DNA of 64,000 nucleotides from Escherichia phage momo: sequence record MN850580.1; one strand, 5' to 3'. Shown piece by piece: positions 55,339 to 64,000 of this stretch (position 1 is its first letter; each line of letters starts with the position of its first letter). The notes under the pieces were generated by a model. It saw only the letters and a program-made list of their open reading frames with translations, ran no database searches and was not told where the DNA came from. The position numbers and the translations under genes were made by a program.

Positions 55339-55864
55339 GGTTTACCTTAGAAATGTTTGTTGCAAATTCACATTGAGCAATTACTTTCATGTTGTTATAG
55401 ACATCTTGAGAATACTTCTTAGCTTTAGGGATTCTGTACGAATACCCAGCATTATATGATGCTAAGACTTTTTGTAAAGTCTTCTTTGACTTTGGCTGAC
55501 CATGTACCTTTGTCCAAAACTCAAGTTCTTTGTGCGTTTCCTTCGCAGCATAATCAAAGTCTTTTAAGAGTTTCTTTTTAGCCACATTAGGACTAATTTT
55601 GTTACGCTTTACAACAGTCTTCAAGTGATTCTGGAAGATACCATAATCATGTGTCTTTTTATTCTCTACCTTCAGACCTAACTCTGACTCTTGTAAGGCT
55701 ATAGCAGCTAGAGTGATACCCCAACCTTTACCCATGTTATTCTCACCATACTGGTAAGCTTTTAACATGTTTACTTTTTGGCTAATTGATAGCTCTGGGC
55801 AGTCAACTGCATAAGATAAGTGTGCTGTAAACATTAAGCACAAACCTAGAATCAATTTCTTCAT
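55316..55864 (-). CDS. secreted lytic transglycosylase-like (SLT domain) protein
   Basis: Signal peptide MKKLILGLCLMFTAHLSYA; SLT motifs ALQESELG, YGIFQ, ASYNAG. Confidence 0.6.
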   Translation of the reverse strand: MKKLILGLCLMFTAHLSYAVDCPELSISQKVNMLKAYQYGENNMGKGWGITLAAIALQESELGLKVENKKTHDYGIFQNHLKTVVKRNKISPNVAKKKLLKDFDYAAKETHKELEFWTKVHGQPKSKKTLQKVLASYNAGYSYRIPKAKKYSQDVYNNMKVIAQCEFATNISKVNHEKIKKV

Positions 55865-55922
55865 TGGTTCTCCTGTTTAGTTTATCGTGACAACAATTAT
55901 ACAGCACTCTGCACAAAATACA

Positions 55923-55952
55923 AATAAAAAAGGCTGCCGAAGCAGCCTTTTA
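55923..55952. terminator. hairpin terminator after rIIB
   Basis: aggctgc-cgaa-gcagcct with T/A runs both sides. Confidence 0.6.
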
Positions 55953-55964
55953 AGAAATTACTTA

Positions 55965-57074
55965 TTAGATTTCACGTTTACGTTGGGAGATTAGTTCACC
56001 AGCAGTGCCAACGATGACATGCAAAGCTTCAGTCTTGCCATCCCATTCTTTCAGCACTTTACGTTGATTATCAACGATTGCTGCAACTTCATAACGAGAC
56101 GAACGCATCTTCATATCGTTGTAATCAGTTGGAACAGATACAACATCTCGTGGATGGACACGAACCTTCAGGATTGTATCACCTGAGAAGCAACGAACAT
56201 AATCCCAAGCACCAACGTGAAGACCCTGAGAGCAAGTCACGTTACGGTTATTATCAACCATCCAACGTGGCATTTCTACAATGTTACCCAAATCATTAGG
56301 TACTCTGTAGGTGTGGGAGTCAACCAGCTTGCCTTCATGAGTAGAGACTTTCTTCCAACCAATGATGTAGCCTTCTTCATCAATTTCAACATCAAGGTGA
56401 GATACGAATCCCCAAAGTTGTTCTACAGAGTCTTTAGATGGGTTTTCCATCAGTTTTTCGAAGAACATCACAAGGCGTTCAAAACCCTTATCGCCAGTTT
56501 TCATCATGTGAAGAATACGGTCAACCAGAGTAGAACGCATCTCAACAGCACCGTAGAATAGCTTGTCTCCTTTGATTGTGATAGCACCCTGAGTGAAGTT
56601 TTCGATAGACTTACGAATGTTCATCAGTTCAAATGCTTTCTTGAACTCACCTTTCACAACATGAACTACAATCTCTTGATAGTTCGGATGGGTAGACTCA
56701 ACAATTTCAGATTCTGAACCATAAGTCATGATTACAGAATCACCAGTAATCATGTACTCAATCTTGTCATCTTTCTGCATAGCTTCATGCAGTTTATTTA
56801 CTGGAGCTTTCTGTACAGCATCTTTAACGGCCTTTTCAACTTGTTTGCCAGATTTCTTTTTAACTGATTTAGCAACTTGCTTCAAAGTCTTCGTAGCTGG
56901 TTTAGAAGCTACCTTTTTCTTACCTTTTAAGGTTGCTTCATGACGCTCTACAGCACGACCAACTGAACGGGTTGAAGTATTGAACTTCTGTGCAATAGCT
57001 GTTTTAGTCAGCTTACCTTCTTTAACCAGTTCGTAAATTTCTGCGTCAATCTGTGCTTTAGTTTTAGTAGTCAT
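55965..57074 (-). CDS. rIIB: rIIB protein
   Basis: Recalled similarity to T4 rIIB (LFYG..E.RS.LVDRIL, C..GLHVG, VRVHPRDVVSVPTDYNDMKMR). Confidence 0.8.
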   Translation of the reverse strand: MTTKTKAQIDAEIYELVKEGKLTKTAIAQKFNTSTRSVGRAVERHEATLKGKKKVASKPATKTLKQVAKSVKKKSGKQVEKAVKDAVQKAPVNKLHEAMQKDDKIEYMITGDSVIMTYGSESEIVESTHPNYQEIVVHVVKGEFKKAFELMNIRKSIENFTQGAITIKGDKLFYGAVEMRSTLVDRILHMMKTGDKGFERLVMFFEKLMENPSKDSVEQLWGFVSHLDVEIDEEGYIIGWKKVSTHEGKLVDSHTYRVPNDLGNIVEMPRWMVDNNRNVTCSQGLHVGAWDYVRCFSGDTILKVRVHPRDVVSVPTDYNDMKMRSSRYEVAAIVDNQRKVLKEWDGKTEALHVIVGTAGELISQRKREI

Positions 57075-57153
57075 CTTATTACTCTCTCTTGTTAGTTAAT
57101 AAATCATTTTGTAAGGCTATTCTAAGGGGCTTCGAAGCCCCTTGTCAAACACT

Positions 57154-59520
57154 TTAATCGTAAATTGTAGTTCCTTCTGGAACACACTTCACATCAAAGC
57201 CTAAGAACTTACTTACTTCGACGGGTGACACTTTATTCCAATCTAGATGAGAAAGCAAGAAGTTTTCTTGTTTTCTTTTTGAGAAGTAGTTTGTTACCTT
57301 AATAAACATACGGTCACCAGCTTTCTTAATTTTCTTGTAAAGTTTTGTATCATTATCAAGACACCTTTTCAAATCTTGCAACACACTAATAGTGTAAGTG
57401 TATGCAAATTGTGCAGCAATGTATTGGATTTTACCGAACATTGCCTCAACAGCATCTTCATTACCTTCTAGGAAGATAGTTTTGTTTGTATCCCGTGAAT
57501 AGCAATAACCATCAGAAATCTTCCTGTTATTGAACGTAAAGTTTCTGGTAATAATCCAACAGCTTGTAAGGTCTAGGACACCACGCATACAGACGCGTGT
57601 CATATACCTGTTATGATTAATCCAATGAACATCAGTTAAGCTGTCGTTCAAGAGCTTCTCATCTACTTCAATCCAGTCTTCTGGTATCTTTTTCCAATTT
57701 GCTTTTCGGAAAACATAGACTGTCTTTCCAATGACATTGGCAACTGACTTAGCTACATCATCTGGAGATGAGCAAAAACATTCGCCATCAACTGTGTCAC
57801 CTACTGCCTTAATATAAAGCTGAGGCTCTTCAATCGTGTCTAAGTCTTCTGACACCTCTGTGTATGAGGCTACACCTTCTGCTGGAACAGCTTTCCAGAG
57901 TTTTACAACACCTCTCACAGCTTCTTTACGCTGATAATGGTGTTCCTTATCAGACATCTTCACAATCTTTAACAAGCTCTTATCAAGTTTGTGCAGATTG
58001 ATTAAGTCATCTAACTCTTTCTCTGTAGAGAATACAAAGACAATACCGTTGTATCTGTGAAACAGACTTGACTCACTGGCATAGTCTCGACATGCACCAC
58101 GCAAGATTTGATTGCGTCCTACAGTCTTCTCAGTACCATTTTTATTGCGACGGTCATTGATAACAAACAAAAACTGTTCAATTTGGCTTTTACGCATTGC
58201 GCCAAAAATATTGAACATACTTGCCTCTTGAGTGTAGGAAAGTGATGTCGCACGAATCTTACTCTCTAAAGAGTTGAACTTAACATAAGCAACTGGGTCA
58301 TAAAGATAATCTACTTTAGGGATGTTGTTTCCGTTTCTATCAACCTTAATATTACCTTTACCGTCACGTTCATAGATGACTGACCCGTCTTCTGCATAGA
58401 TAATTCCACGACGAATATTTAGTAATTCTTCTTCCAGAGAATCAAGCTTAACACCTCCCCACTCTAGCTTTGGACACACAGCATTAAACATCTCTCGTGA
58501 GTTCAAACGTAACTCAGCATAAGCCTGTGCAGCATCCATGAGTGTAGGTTGGCTGTTAACTTTCTTGATAACATCCTTTGTAATTGCTTCAGTTATCTTT
58601 TTAGTAGCCTCAATGATAACATTTTTTGTCGTGTCATTCATCTGCAATGCTTCACGAGAAGCTGCAATAGCAACTGAACCAATAGGCATGTAGATGTTTA
58701 CAAGGTCTACACTCCTACGGAAAAATTCTGGCAAGATTTTGAAGAAATCATCACCAAGTAATGCTTCCATGTTAACAGGGTAGGCAATGTTACCCATCAC
58801 CACATTAAACTCTGTCCTGTTACCACTAGAACGCCAGCTTTGCTTATGAATCATGGCATCATAAACACCCTCTTCACGGGCAATGACGTTCATATCTGCT
58901 AACACGTCATCATATACAATATTACTTTCTGGTTTCACAGCAAAGTATGAGTATACGTGACCAGCCTCTTCAAAGAACTTTGAAATACGATGGTCAGCAA
59001 CTGCTACACGTACAGCTAAACCATTAGGTTCTTTTGTTGGGTTAGTGGTTAGCTTAGTCACTTGAGGAATACCATTCTCAAGATAAACAGAGTATTTATT
59101 AACAACACCATCAACGTAGCTCGATACTGTGAATGACTGAGCAATTGCAAACGGTGACTTTGAGCCGATACCCATTGCACCAATGTAGTCATTAGAGTCA
59201 TTCTTTGTAGAAGCCCCGTAGTTCAGATACAGACTCATAACTTTGTCATGAGTTAATCCAGTTCCAAAATCACGAACTTCAAAGTAAGGCTCAAAACGAG
59301 TAGGTAAATGCACATGGAACGGGATGTTCTCTTTTCCAGCTTCTTTCTGAGCATCTACTGCGTTACATGACAGTTCACGAATAACTGCCCTTTCTTTAAA
59401 GGTATATACACCAGAACTCAAAAGACTGAACATTTCAGGTGTCATTGTAATCTGTGCTTGAGATGTCTCCAAAGAAGTTGAACTCTTAATCACTTCTGCG
59501 TGGTCGTTTACCATGCGCAT
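57154..59520 (-). CDS. rIIA: rIIA protein
   Basis: Recalled similarity to T4 rIIA N-terminal ATPase-like region (RAVIRELSCNAVDA, YGASTKNDSNDYIGAMGIGSKSPF). Confidence 0.85.
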   Translation of the reverse strand: MRMVNDHAEVIKSSTSLETSQAQITMTPEMFSLLSSGVYTFKERAVIRELSCNAVDAQKEAGKENIPFHVHLPTRFEPYFEVRDFGTGLTHDKVMSLYLNYGASTKNDSNDYIGAMGIGSKSPFAIAQSFTVSSYVDGVVNKYSVYLENGIPQVTKLTTNPTKEPNGLAVRVAVADHRISKFFEEAGHVYSYFAVKPESNIVYDDVLADMNVIAREEGVYDAMIHKQSWRSSGNRTEFNVVMGNIAYPVNMEALLGDDFFKILPEFFRRSVDLVNIYMPIGSVAIAASREALQMNDTTKNVIIEATKKITEAITKDVIKKVNSQPTLMDAAQAYAELRLNSREMFNAVCPKLEWGGVKLDSLEEELLNIRRGIIYAEDGSVIYERDGKGNIKVDRNGNNIPKVDYLYDPVAYVKFNSLESKIRATSLSYTQEASMFNIFGAMRKSQIEQFLFVINDRRNKNGTEKTVGRNQILRGACRDYASESSLFHRYNGIVFVFSTEKELDDLINLHKLDKSLLKIVKMSDKEHHYQRKEAVRGVVKLWKAVPAEGVASYTEVSEDLDTIEEPQLYIKAVGDTVDGECFCSSPDDVAKSVANVIGKTVYVFRKANWKKIPEDWIEVDEKLLNDSLTDVHWINHNRYMTRVCMRGVLDLTSCWIITRNFTFNNRKISDGYCYSRDTNKTIFLEGNEDAVEAMFGKIQYIAAQFAYTYTISVLQDLKRCLDNDTKLYKKIKKAGDRMFIKVTNYFSKRKQENFLLSHLDWNKVSPVEVSKFLGFDVKCVPEGTTIYD

Positions 59521-59548
59521 AATACTTTCCTCTTAGTTTACTGTTAAA

Positions 59549-59725
59549 TTACTTATTAAACATTTTACCAGAACCACCACAAATAGGGCAACAACCTGCT
59601 CTTGTGTACCCTTCCCCGTTGCAGTAATCACACTTCTTGTGCTCTGCATAGTACTTGCAAAGAAGGTAAACAAATACTGCTACACTACCAAGTGACAGTA
59701 AAATTTCTATCCAATATGCTTGCAT
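59549..59725 (-). CDS. small membrane zinc-ribbon protein (below the 60-aa track cutoff)
   Basis: Own translation: MQAYWIEILLSLGSVAVFVYLLCKYYAEHKKCDYCNGEGYTRAGCCPICGGSGKMFNK; fills the gap upstream of rIIA. Confidence 0.4.
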   Translation of the reverse strand: MQAYWIEILLSLGSVAVFVYLLCKYYAEHKKCDYCNGEGYTRAGCCPICGGSGKMFNK

Positions 59726-60042
59726 GACTCACCTCTCATATTCTTGTAAAGGATAAAGCTTCTGTCATGGACGATACTTGTAGACACTGCAAAGTTACTT
59801 TCAAGCATCTGTTTGTTTGGATTGTAGAAGCTTTCTTTAAACTCGTCAAGTGCAAATTGGTGATGTTGTGGAAGACCTTTTACACAGATTTTTATTGTGA
59901 TTGCTGCTGCAATCTTGCCAGTCAGTTCTTCTTTAGCTGCTACTAAAATTTTGTTAAGGAACTTTTTACCATCTTCAGGTTGCTTAATGTTCTCCCAACG
60001 TTCTTCTAGGACAACGTTAATGTTCATTTCTTTGATTTTCAT
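59707..60042 (-). CDS. hypothetical protein
   Basis: 111-aa ORF between NadV-like gene and rIIA. Confidence 0.45.
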   Translation of the reverse strand: MKIKEMNINVVLEERWENIKQPEDGKKFLNKILVAAKEELTGKIAAAITIKICVKGLPQHHQFALDEFKESFYNPNKQMLESNFAVSTSIVHDRSFILYKNMRGESCKHIG

Positions 60043-60054
60043 AATCTTCTCCAG

Positions 60055-60082
60055 AAATTAAAAAGGCTCCCGTAGGAGCCTC
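60055..60082 (-). terminator. rho-independent terminator after NadV-like gene
   Basis: aggctcc-cgta-ggagcct followed by T-run on minus strand. Confidence 0.6.
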
Positions 60083-60095
60083 TTATCATATACTT

Positions 60096-61877
60096 TTAAA
60101 GCTGCTTGTCAATATTATTTCGAATATCTCCAAGAGTTGTATAACCGAACTGCTCAGAGTCGCTAAAGACTAAACGTAAAGCACAAGCTTGGTGGTCAAG
60201 TACATCTGCAAAACTCTGGAATCCATAGCCATCTACAGCTTTCAGCTTATCACCATCCCACATAGGTGCTACACCACCAAAGGCAGATTTCTTAACACCA
60301 CTATCTGTTTTAGGGTCTTTTGCAAGCATAATCTCTTTACCACCAATGCTTGCAAGAGTTGCTTTGACAGCAAATGCGAAGGTGTCACGAGTCATGTACT
60401 GGTAAGTGTAAGAGCCTACACCAAACACTACGTTAGAGCTTGCAAAACCCATTTCATACAGACGCTTCAGGATTTCGTTTGCACGTTCCAGCGTGATAGA
60501 GTCACCATAGATAAGGCCGATGTGCTCATCCAGTACCTTAAACCCTTTAGAGTTAATAGTCCCTCCGAAGATGTTGTACAGGGTCTTAATAGCTCCATCA
60601 ATCTCAGCTACAGGACGTGTTACAACGTTTGCAGAACCAACCATATAAGCGTTTTTCAACAGCACTGTATCAGCAACTTCAAAGTCTTCTCTGTCAACAA
60701 CCATTTCGTAGCCTTCTGACAGTAGCCATCCAGCAATACCATAATTGATGTTTTCAAGCTTCATGTTCAGAACAGCATTCAACATTGTGTCGCTGGCTTC
60801 AAGCTTGCTTAAGTGTTTGTAATAAGCCTTTTTAGCACATTCTAAGTGGATTGCTTTATAACCTGTGACAATATGTACAGGGTCTCCAGAGTCAGGACGA
60901 ATTACCAGTTTGCCATCACGTTCCATAATTTCTTTACGAAGTGCTGGTAAAATTTCTGACACAGTTCTCCAGAAGTTATAAGTGTCTGAAACAACACTTG
61001 CAATACCAGTTGGGTAAGTTTCTGTTAAGAAACGACGGAAGGTTTGTAACTCACCTTTAAAGCGTCTTTCTTCTTCAATCAACTCATTACCACCTTCCCA
61101 AGCAATGTTTGCACACATTACAGAGTGCTCAGTGGCTGGTACAGAGCTACCAATATCAGAGATTGGGTAGGACTGTCCATAGATTCGTTTAGCCGTATAC
61201 ACAGCAGGGAAGCTATCAGTTCCTTTAAAGCTGGTTAAGTGGCCTACAGCGTTAAATGCGTCATCAGTAAAGCCGGACATACCACGCATAGCAAAGTCAT
61301 GGCACTGATAAGGCAAATGCAAGTCGTTGTCACAAGTAAGGTCAGCCCACTTCTTACAGATACGTTTGTAGTGCAATGCAATAGTTGCAATGGTACAAGC
61401 CTTCCAAATCTCAGCAGAGAAAGCATCTTCCAGATACCCCGCTACCCAATGGAAGCCTGAAACAGTGTTCTGGAAGACAATCATTGGGACGCGCATAGGG
61501 ACAACTGTACCTTCTTCTACAGCGTATACTTCAACTGGTAGATAACCTAAGTCGTGAAGTGCTTCCCAGTGCTCTCGACCGATAGCATCTTTACCCAGAA
61601 CACCATTCATGACTTCTAAGATTTCATCAATGGCTTCTTTTTTATCACGTTCAAAGAAAGTGGCGTTCCAGTGGTCTATCAAGTAATCTTTAACGAAACG
61701 TTGAATACCAAAAGCCACTACACCGTCAATTGCCAAAGGGCTGTTAAACCATTTATCACTACGTGGTGTCAGGTTCAACATAAGATATTGCGTAGCATCT
61801 GGATACTGATATATATGTGATGCCTTGTAAGCATCTGCATTAAGACCTGCTGGTACTGCGTAAAGTGATTTAGTCAT
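60096..61877 (-). CDS. nadV: nicotinamide phosphoribosyltransferase family protein (NadV/Nampt-like; alternatively Namat)
   Basis: 593 aa; N-terminal YKASHIYQYP and overall Nampt-like features. Confidence 0.75.
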   Translation of the reverse strand: MTKSLYAVPAGLNADAYKASHIYQYPDATQYLMLNLTPRSDKWFNSPLAIDGVVAFGIQRFVKDYLIDHWNATFFERDKKEAIDEILEVMNGVLGKDAIGREHWEALHDLGYLPVEVYAVEEGTVVPMRVPMIVFQNTVSGFHWVAGYLEDAFSAEIWKACTIATIALHYKRICKKWADLTCDNDLHLPYQCHDFAMRGMSGFTDDAFNAVGHLTSFKGTDSFPAVYTAKRIYGQSYPISDIGSSVPATEHSVMCANIAWEGGNELIEEERRFKGELQTFRRFLTETYPTGIASVVSDTYNFWRTVSEILPALRKEIMERDGKLVIRPDSGDPVHIVTGYKAIHLECAKKAYYKHLSKLEASDTMLNAVLNMKLENINYGIAGWLLSEGYEMVVDREDFEVADTVLLKNAYMVGSANVVTRPVAEIDGAIKTLYNIFGGTINSKGFKVLDEHIGLIYGDSITLERANEILKRLYEMGFASSNVVFGVGSYTYQYMTRDTFAFAVKATLASIGGKEIMLAKDPKTDSGVKKSAFGGVAPMWDGDKLKAVDGYGFQSFADVLDHQACALRLVFSDSEQFGYTTLGDIRNNIDKQL

Positions 61878-61922
61878 CTTTTAATCTCTCTCAAAGTGGG
61901 GCTTTCAAGCCCCTATAAAGTT

Positions 61923-62819
61923 TCAATCAATGGTTGCTACAGTAACTTGGGCGTAATGTGTTAAGCCACGGTCTTTAGCTTCACCTAAAGTGTTTGTAGT
62001 GTAGATATGGTCAATACCGTTGTCAAGTAAGTTTTCAACACCTTTAGAGAAAATACCATGAGTTACATAGAGTTCCACACGTTTTGCACCTGCTTCACGT
62101 AGGTGTTTAGCTGCCTCTACGAAGGTTCGACCACCATCACAGATATCATCAAGAATCATGACAGTTTTATCGGTCAAATCAACATCGTCAAGGATTCGCA
62201 TACCAGTGATTTCTCCAGTCTTAAGATTGCGCACCTTAGACATTGTGATATACGGTTTATCCACCTCTTTAGCGGTATCTTCAGTCTTCTTAGCTGCACC
62301 TGCATCTGGGGCTACCAAGAAATCAATGCGTGGGTCACTTGCAAAGTGTACTGCCACATCTTTTTGCTTCATGCTTTGAAAGCACTTAAATAAGTTTTCT
62401 GCAACATTACTGTGAGGGTCAAGAGCACATACTGCATCAAAACCCATTGCATTAACTAGGTTGGCAAAGACTTTCAGTGCTGCTGCATCACCTTTGAACA
62501 TGTGGCGGTCATATCGAGCATTTGGTAAGAACCCGAAAACAACGGTTTTCATCGCTGATTTCTGGGGAACAAGACTGTCAACGGCATCCTTAGCCAAAGC
62601 TAATGCAAACAGTGTATCTTTGTCATATCCCTGTACAGTAATTATAACATTATCAATCTTACCAGCATTACGCTCAGTAAACTTAACAAAATCTTCAGAG
62701 AAGTTTCCACCAATTTCTCCAGATGGGAATTGAATGATATTAAATTTTTCTGTGTGGAAGAATTTCTCTTGAGCGGTGACGACGGCTTCAATAACAGTTT
62801 TCATAGTTTTCTCTCTCAA
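61923..62819 (-). CDS. prs: ribose-phosphate pyrophosphokinase family protein (Prs-like; alternatively ADP-ribose pyrophosphokinase)
   Basis: PRPP-binding-type loop MILDDICDGGRT; N-terminal nucleotide-binding region. Confidence 0.7.
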   Translation of the reverse strand: MREKTMKTVIEAVVTAQEKFFHTEKFNIIQFPSGEIGGNFSEDFVKFTERNAGKIDNVIITVQGYDKDTLFALALAKDAVDSLVPQKSAMKTVVFGFLPNARYDRHMFKGDAAALKVFANLVNAMGFDAVCALDPHSNVAENLFKCFQSMKQKDVAVHFASDPRIDFLVAPDAGAAKKTEDTAKEVDKPYITMSKVRNLKTGEITGMRILDDVDLTDKTVMILDDICDGGRTFVEAAKHLREAGAKRVELYVTHGIFSKGVENLLDNGIDHIYTTNTLGEAKDRGLTHYAQVTVATID

Positions 62820-63094
62820 TCAAAAGTTACGTTTGTTACTGCCATTGCAGATTTGCATTTTGCAGGGTCTACAACGTGATAAAGTACACTACAGTTACCT
62901 GTGCTGTCTGGTACAGGCTTTACCCATTGCTGCTTTATATTTGGCTCCCCTAAGTCTTTGTAAGAGCCATCTGTAAAGTTGTTTACCATCTCAAGTGCAA
63001 TTGGTTCTGGAACATGCCCACGTATCATGTACATTTCACAACCATTACCGCCTTCACTGACTAATGGTAAAATCTCCCACTTCTCTTTAGCCAT
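62816..63094 (-). CDS. hypothetical protein translationally coupled to Prs-like gene
   Basis: 92-aa ORF overlapping Prs-like start by 4 nt. Confidence 0.45.
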   Translation of the reverse strand: MAKEKWEILPLVSEGGNGCEMYMIRGHVPEPIALEMVNNFTDGSYKDLGEPNIKQQWVKPVPDSTGNCSVLYHVVDPAKCKSAMAVTNVTFD

Positions 63095-63602
63095 TGTAAG
63101 TTGCCCTATAAACTGTCTCGAACTTCAACAGGAGAGATATTGCCAAATCTGTATAGTTGTTGTCAAGCACATCTGGCATATTATTTTTGATATATTTCTC
63201 TTGCTCTTCATAGGTCATCTTAGGTGTGCTTAGAAGGTTATCTCCCTGCTTCTGGTTATCAAGTTTAGTCTGGATAAACCAGTTTGCACAGTGATGCTCA
63301 CCACCCTTTGTAACAGGTTTGTGGTGGCCTAATGTGAAGGATTGACTACCTGTGTATCTACAAAGCTTATTGAGCACTGCAATGGTGTTCTTCACAACAA
63401 AACATTCATACAGGTTATCTATAGTGTAGTGTGGGTAATAACGGAATAGTACTCTTTCACGAGTACTTTCACGATTCCAGAGAATCATGTGATTGGAGTT
63501 TGAGGGGTCGTATTGGTGGGAGTCAATGAACTCTTGACGTTCCTCAAAGCTAAGTCTTAACACTGACATTGCAGCAGAACGTTTTAGGTTTGACAGATAC
63601 AT
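63087..63602 (-). CDS. HNH homing endonuclease
   Basis: HNH-type motif GHHKPVTKGGEHHCANW. Confidence 0.6.
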   Translation of the reverse strand: MYLSNLKRSAAMSVLRLSFEERQEFIDSHQYDPSNSNHMILWNRESTRERVLFRYYPHYTIDNLYECFVVKNTIAVLNKLCRYTGSQSFTLGHHKPVTKGGEHHCANWFIQTKLDNQKQGDNLLSTPKMTYEEQEKYIKNNMPDVLDNNYTDLAISLLLKFETVYRATYNG

Positions 63603-63653
63603 ATCATCTCCAAAATAAAAAGGGAACTGTAAAGGTTCCCTTATAGTATCTGT

Positions 63654-63974
63654 TTACTGAGCTACTTTCAAGATGCTTGTGAATGAAATCTCACTCTCAT
63701 CCATAAACTCTTTTGCTTCTCCAGTAACTTTTACAAAGTTATCTAGGCAGATAATCTTCTTATCTTTCTTGCTATAGGTTAGCTTGACCTTTTCAATATC
63801 TTTCTTAGAGTTTTTCTCTTCATTAAAGAGCTTCACAGCTTCTTTAAATGGTAGGTATGAACCATCATCATCGCTAATAAAACCTGTGCCGCAATAGTAG
63901 AAGTTATATTCTTTAGCCATAAACTGGCACAGTACGAAAATCTGTAATTTGCGAGTGTTATATACTTTGCTCAT
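63654..63974 (-). CDS. hypothetical protein
   Basis: 106-aa ORF. Confidence 0.45.
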   Translation of the reverse strand: MSKVYNTRKLQIFVLCQFMAKEYNFYYCGTGFISDDDGSYLPFKEAVKLFNEEKNSKKDIEKVKLTYSKKDKKIICLDNFVKVTGEAKEFMDESEISFTSILKVAQ

Positions 63975-64000
63975 GATTATTTAACCTTCTTATTACGTTT

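Overview
The window reads as a virulent myovirus genome segment, probably Felix O1-like (rIIA/rIIB, thymidylate synthase + DHFR, NadV-like + Prs-like pair, large tRNA array, HxH-repeat tail fibers); this identity is inferred, not searched. Layout: (1) 1-4952, + strand early/nucleotide-metabolism genes ending in DHFR and thymidylate synthase; (2) 4989-28844, minus-strand structural module (tail fibers, baseplate, tape measure, chaperone pair with a -1 frameshift site, tube, sheath, capsid, protease/scaffold, portal, large terminase); (3) 29067-33984, a minus-strand array of about 27 tRNA genes driven by a sigma70-like promoter at 34103-34131, with two embedded CDS and several unassigned structured spacers; (4) 34150-36018, a vWA/MIDAS protein and a small basic protein; (5) 36268-43226, + strand block including an Ig-like tandem-domain protein and a GH24-type endolysin; (6) 43271-44880, a 1.6-kb non-coding word-repeat region where transcription converges; (7) 44892-51013, fifteen small minus-strand genes each preceded by one of two conserved stem-loop cassettes; (8) 51531-63974, minus-strand accessory genes: macro-domain protein, overlapped spanin pair, HAD phosphatase, secreted SLT-like transglycosylase, rIIB, rIIA, NadV-like and Prs-like enzymes, HNH endonuclease. 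Most interesting candidates: the adjacent NadV-like/Prs-like pair (candidate NAD+ reconstitution module) with a macro-domain protein nearby, the cassette-flanked small-gene region, and the tRNA array with three class-I-length tRNAs carrying leucine anticodons. All calls are from reading the sequence and ORF translations by eye; coordinates of tRNAs, promoters and terminators are approximate (a few nt).
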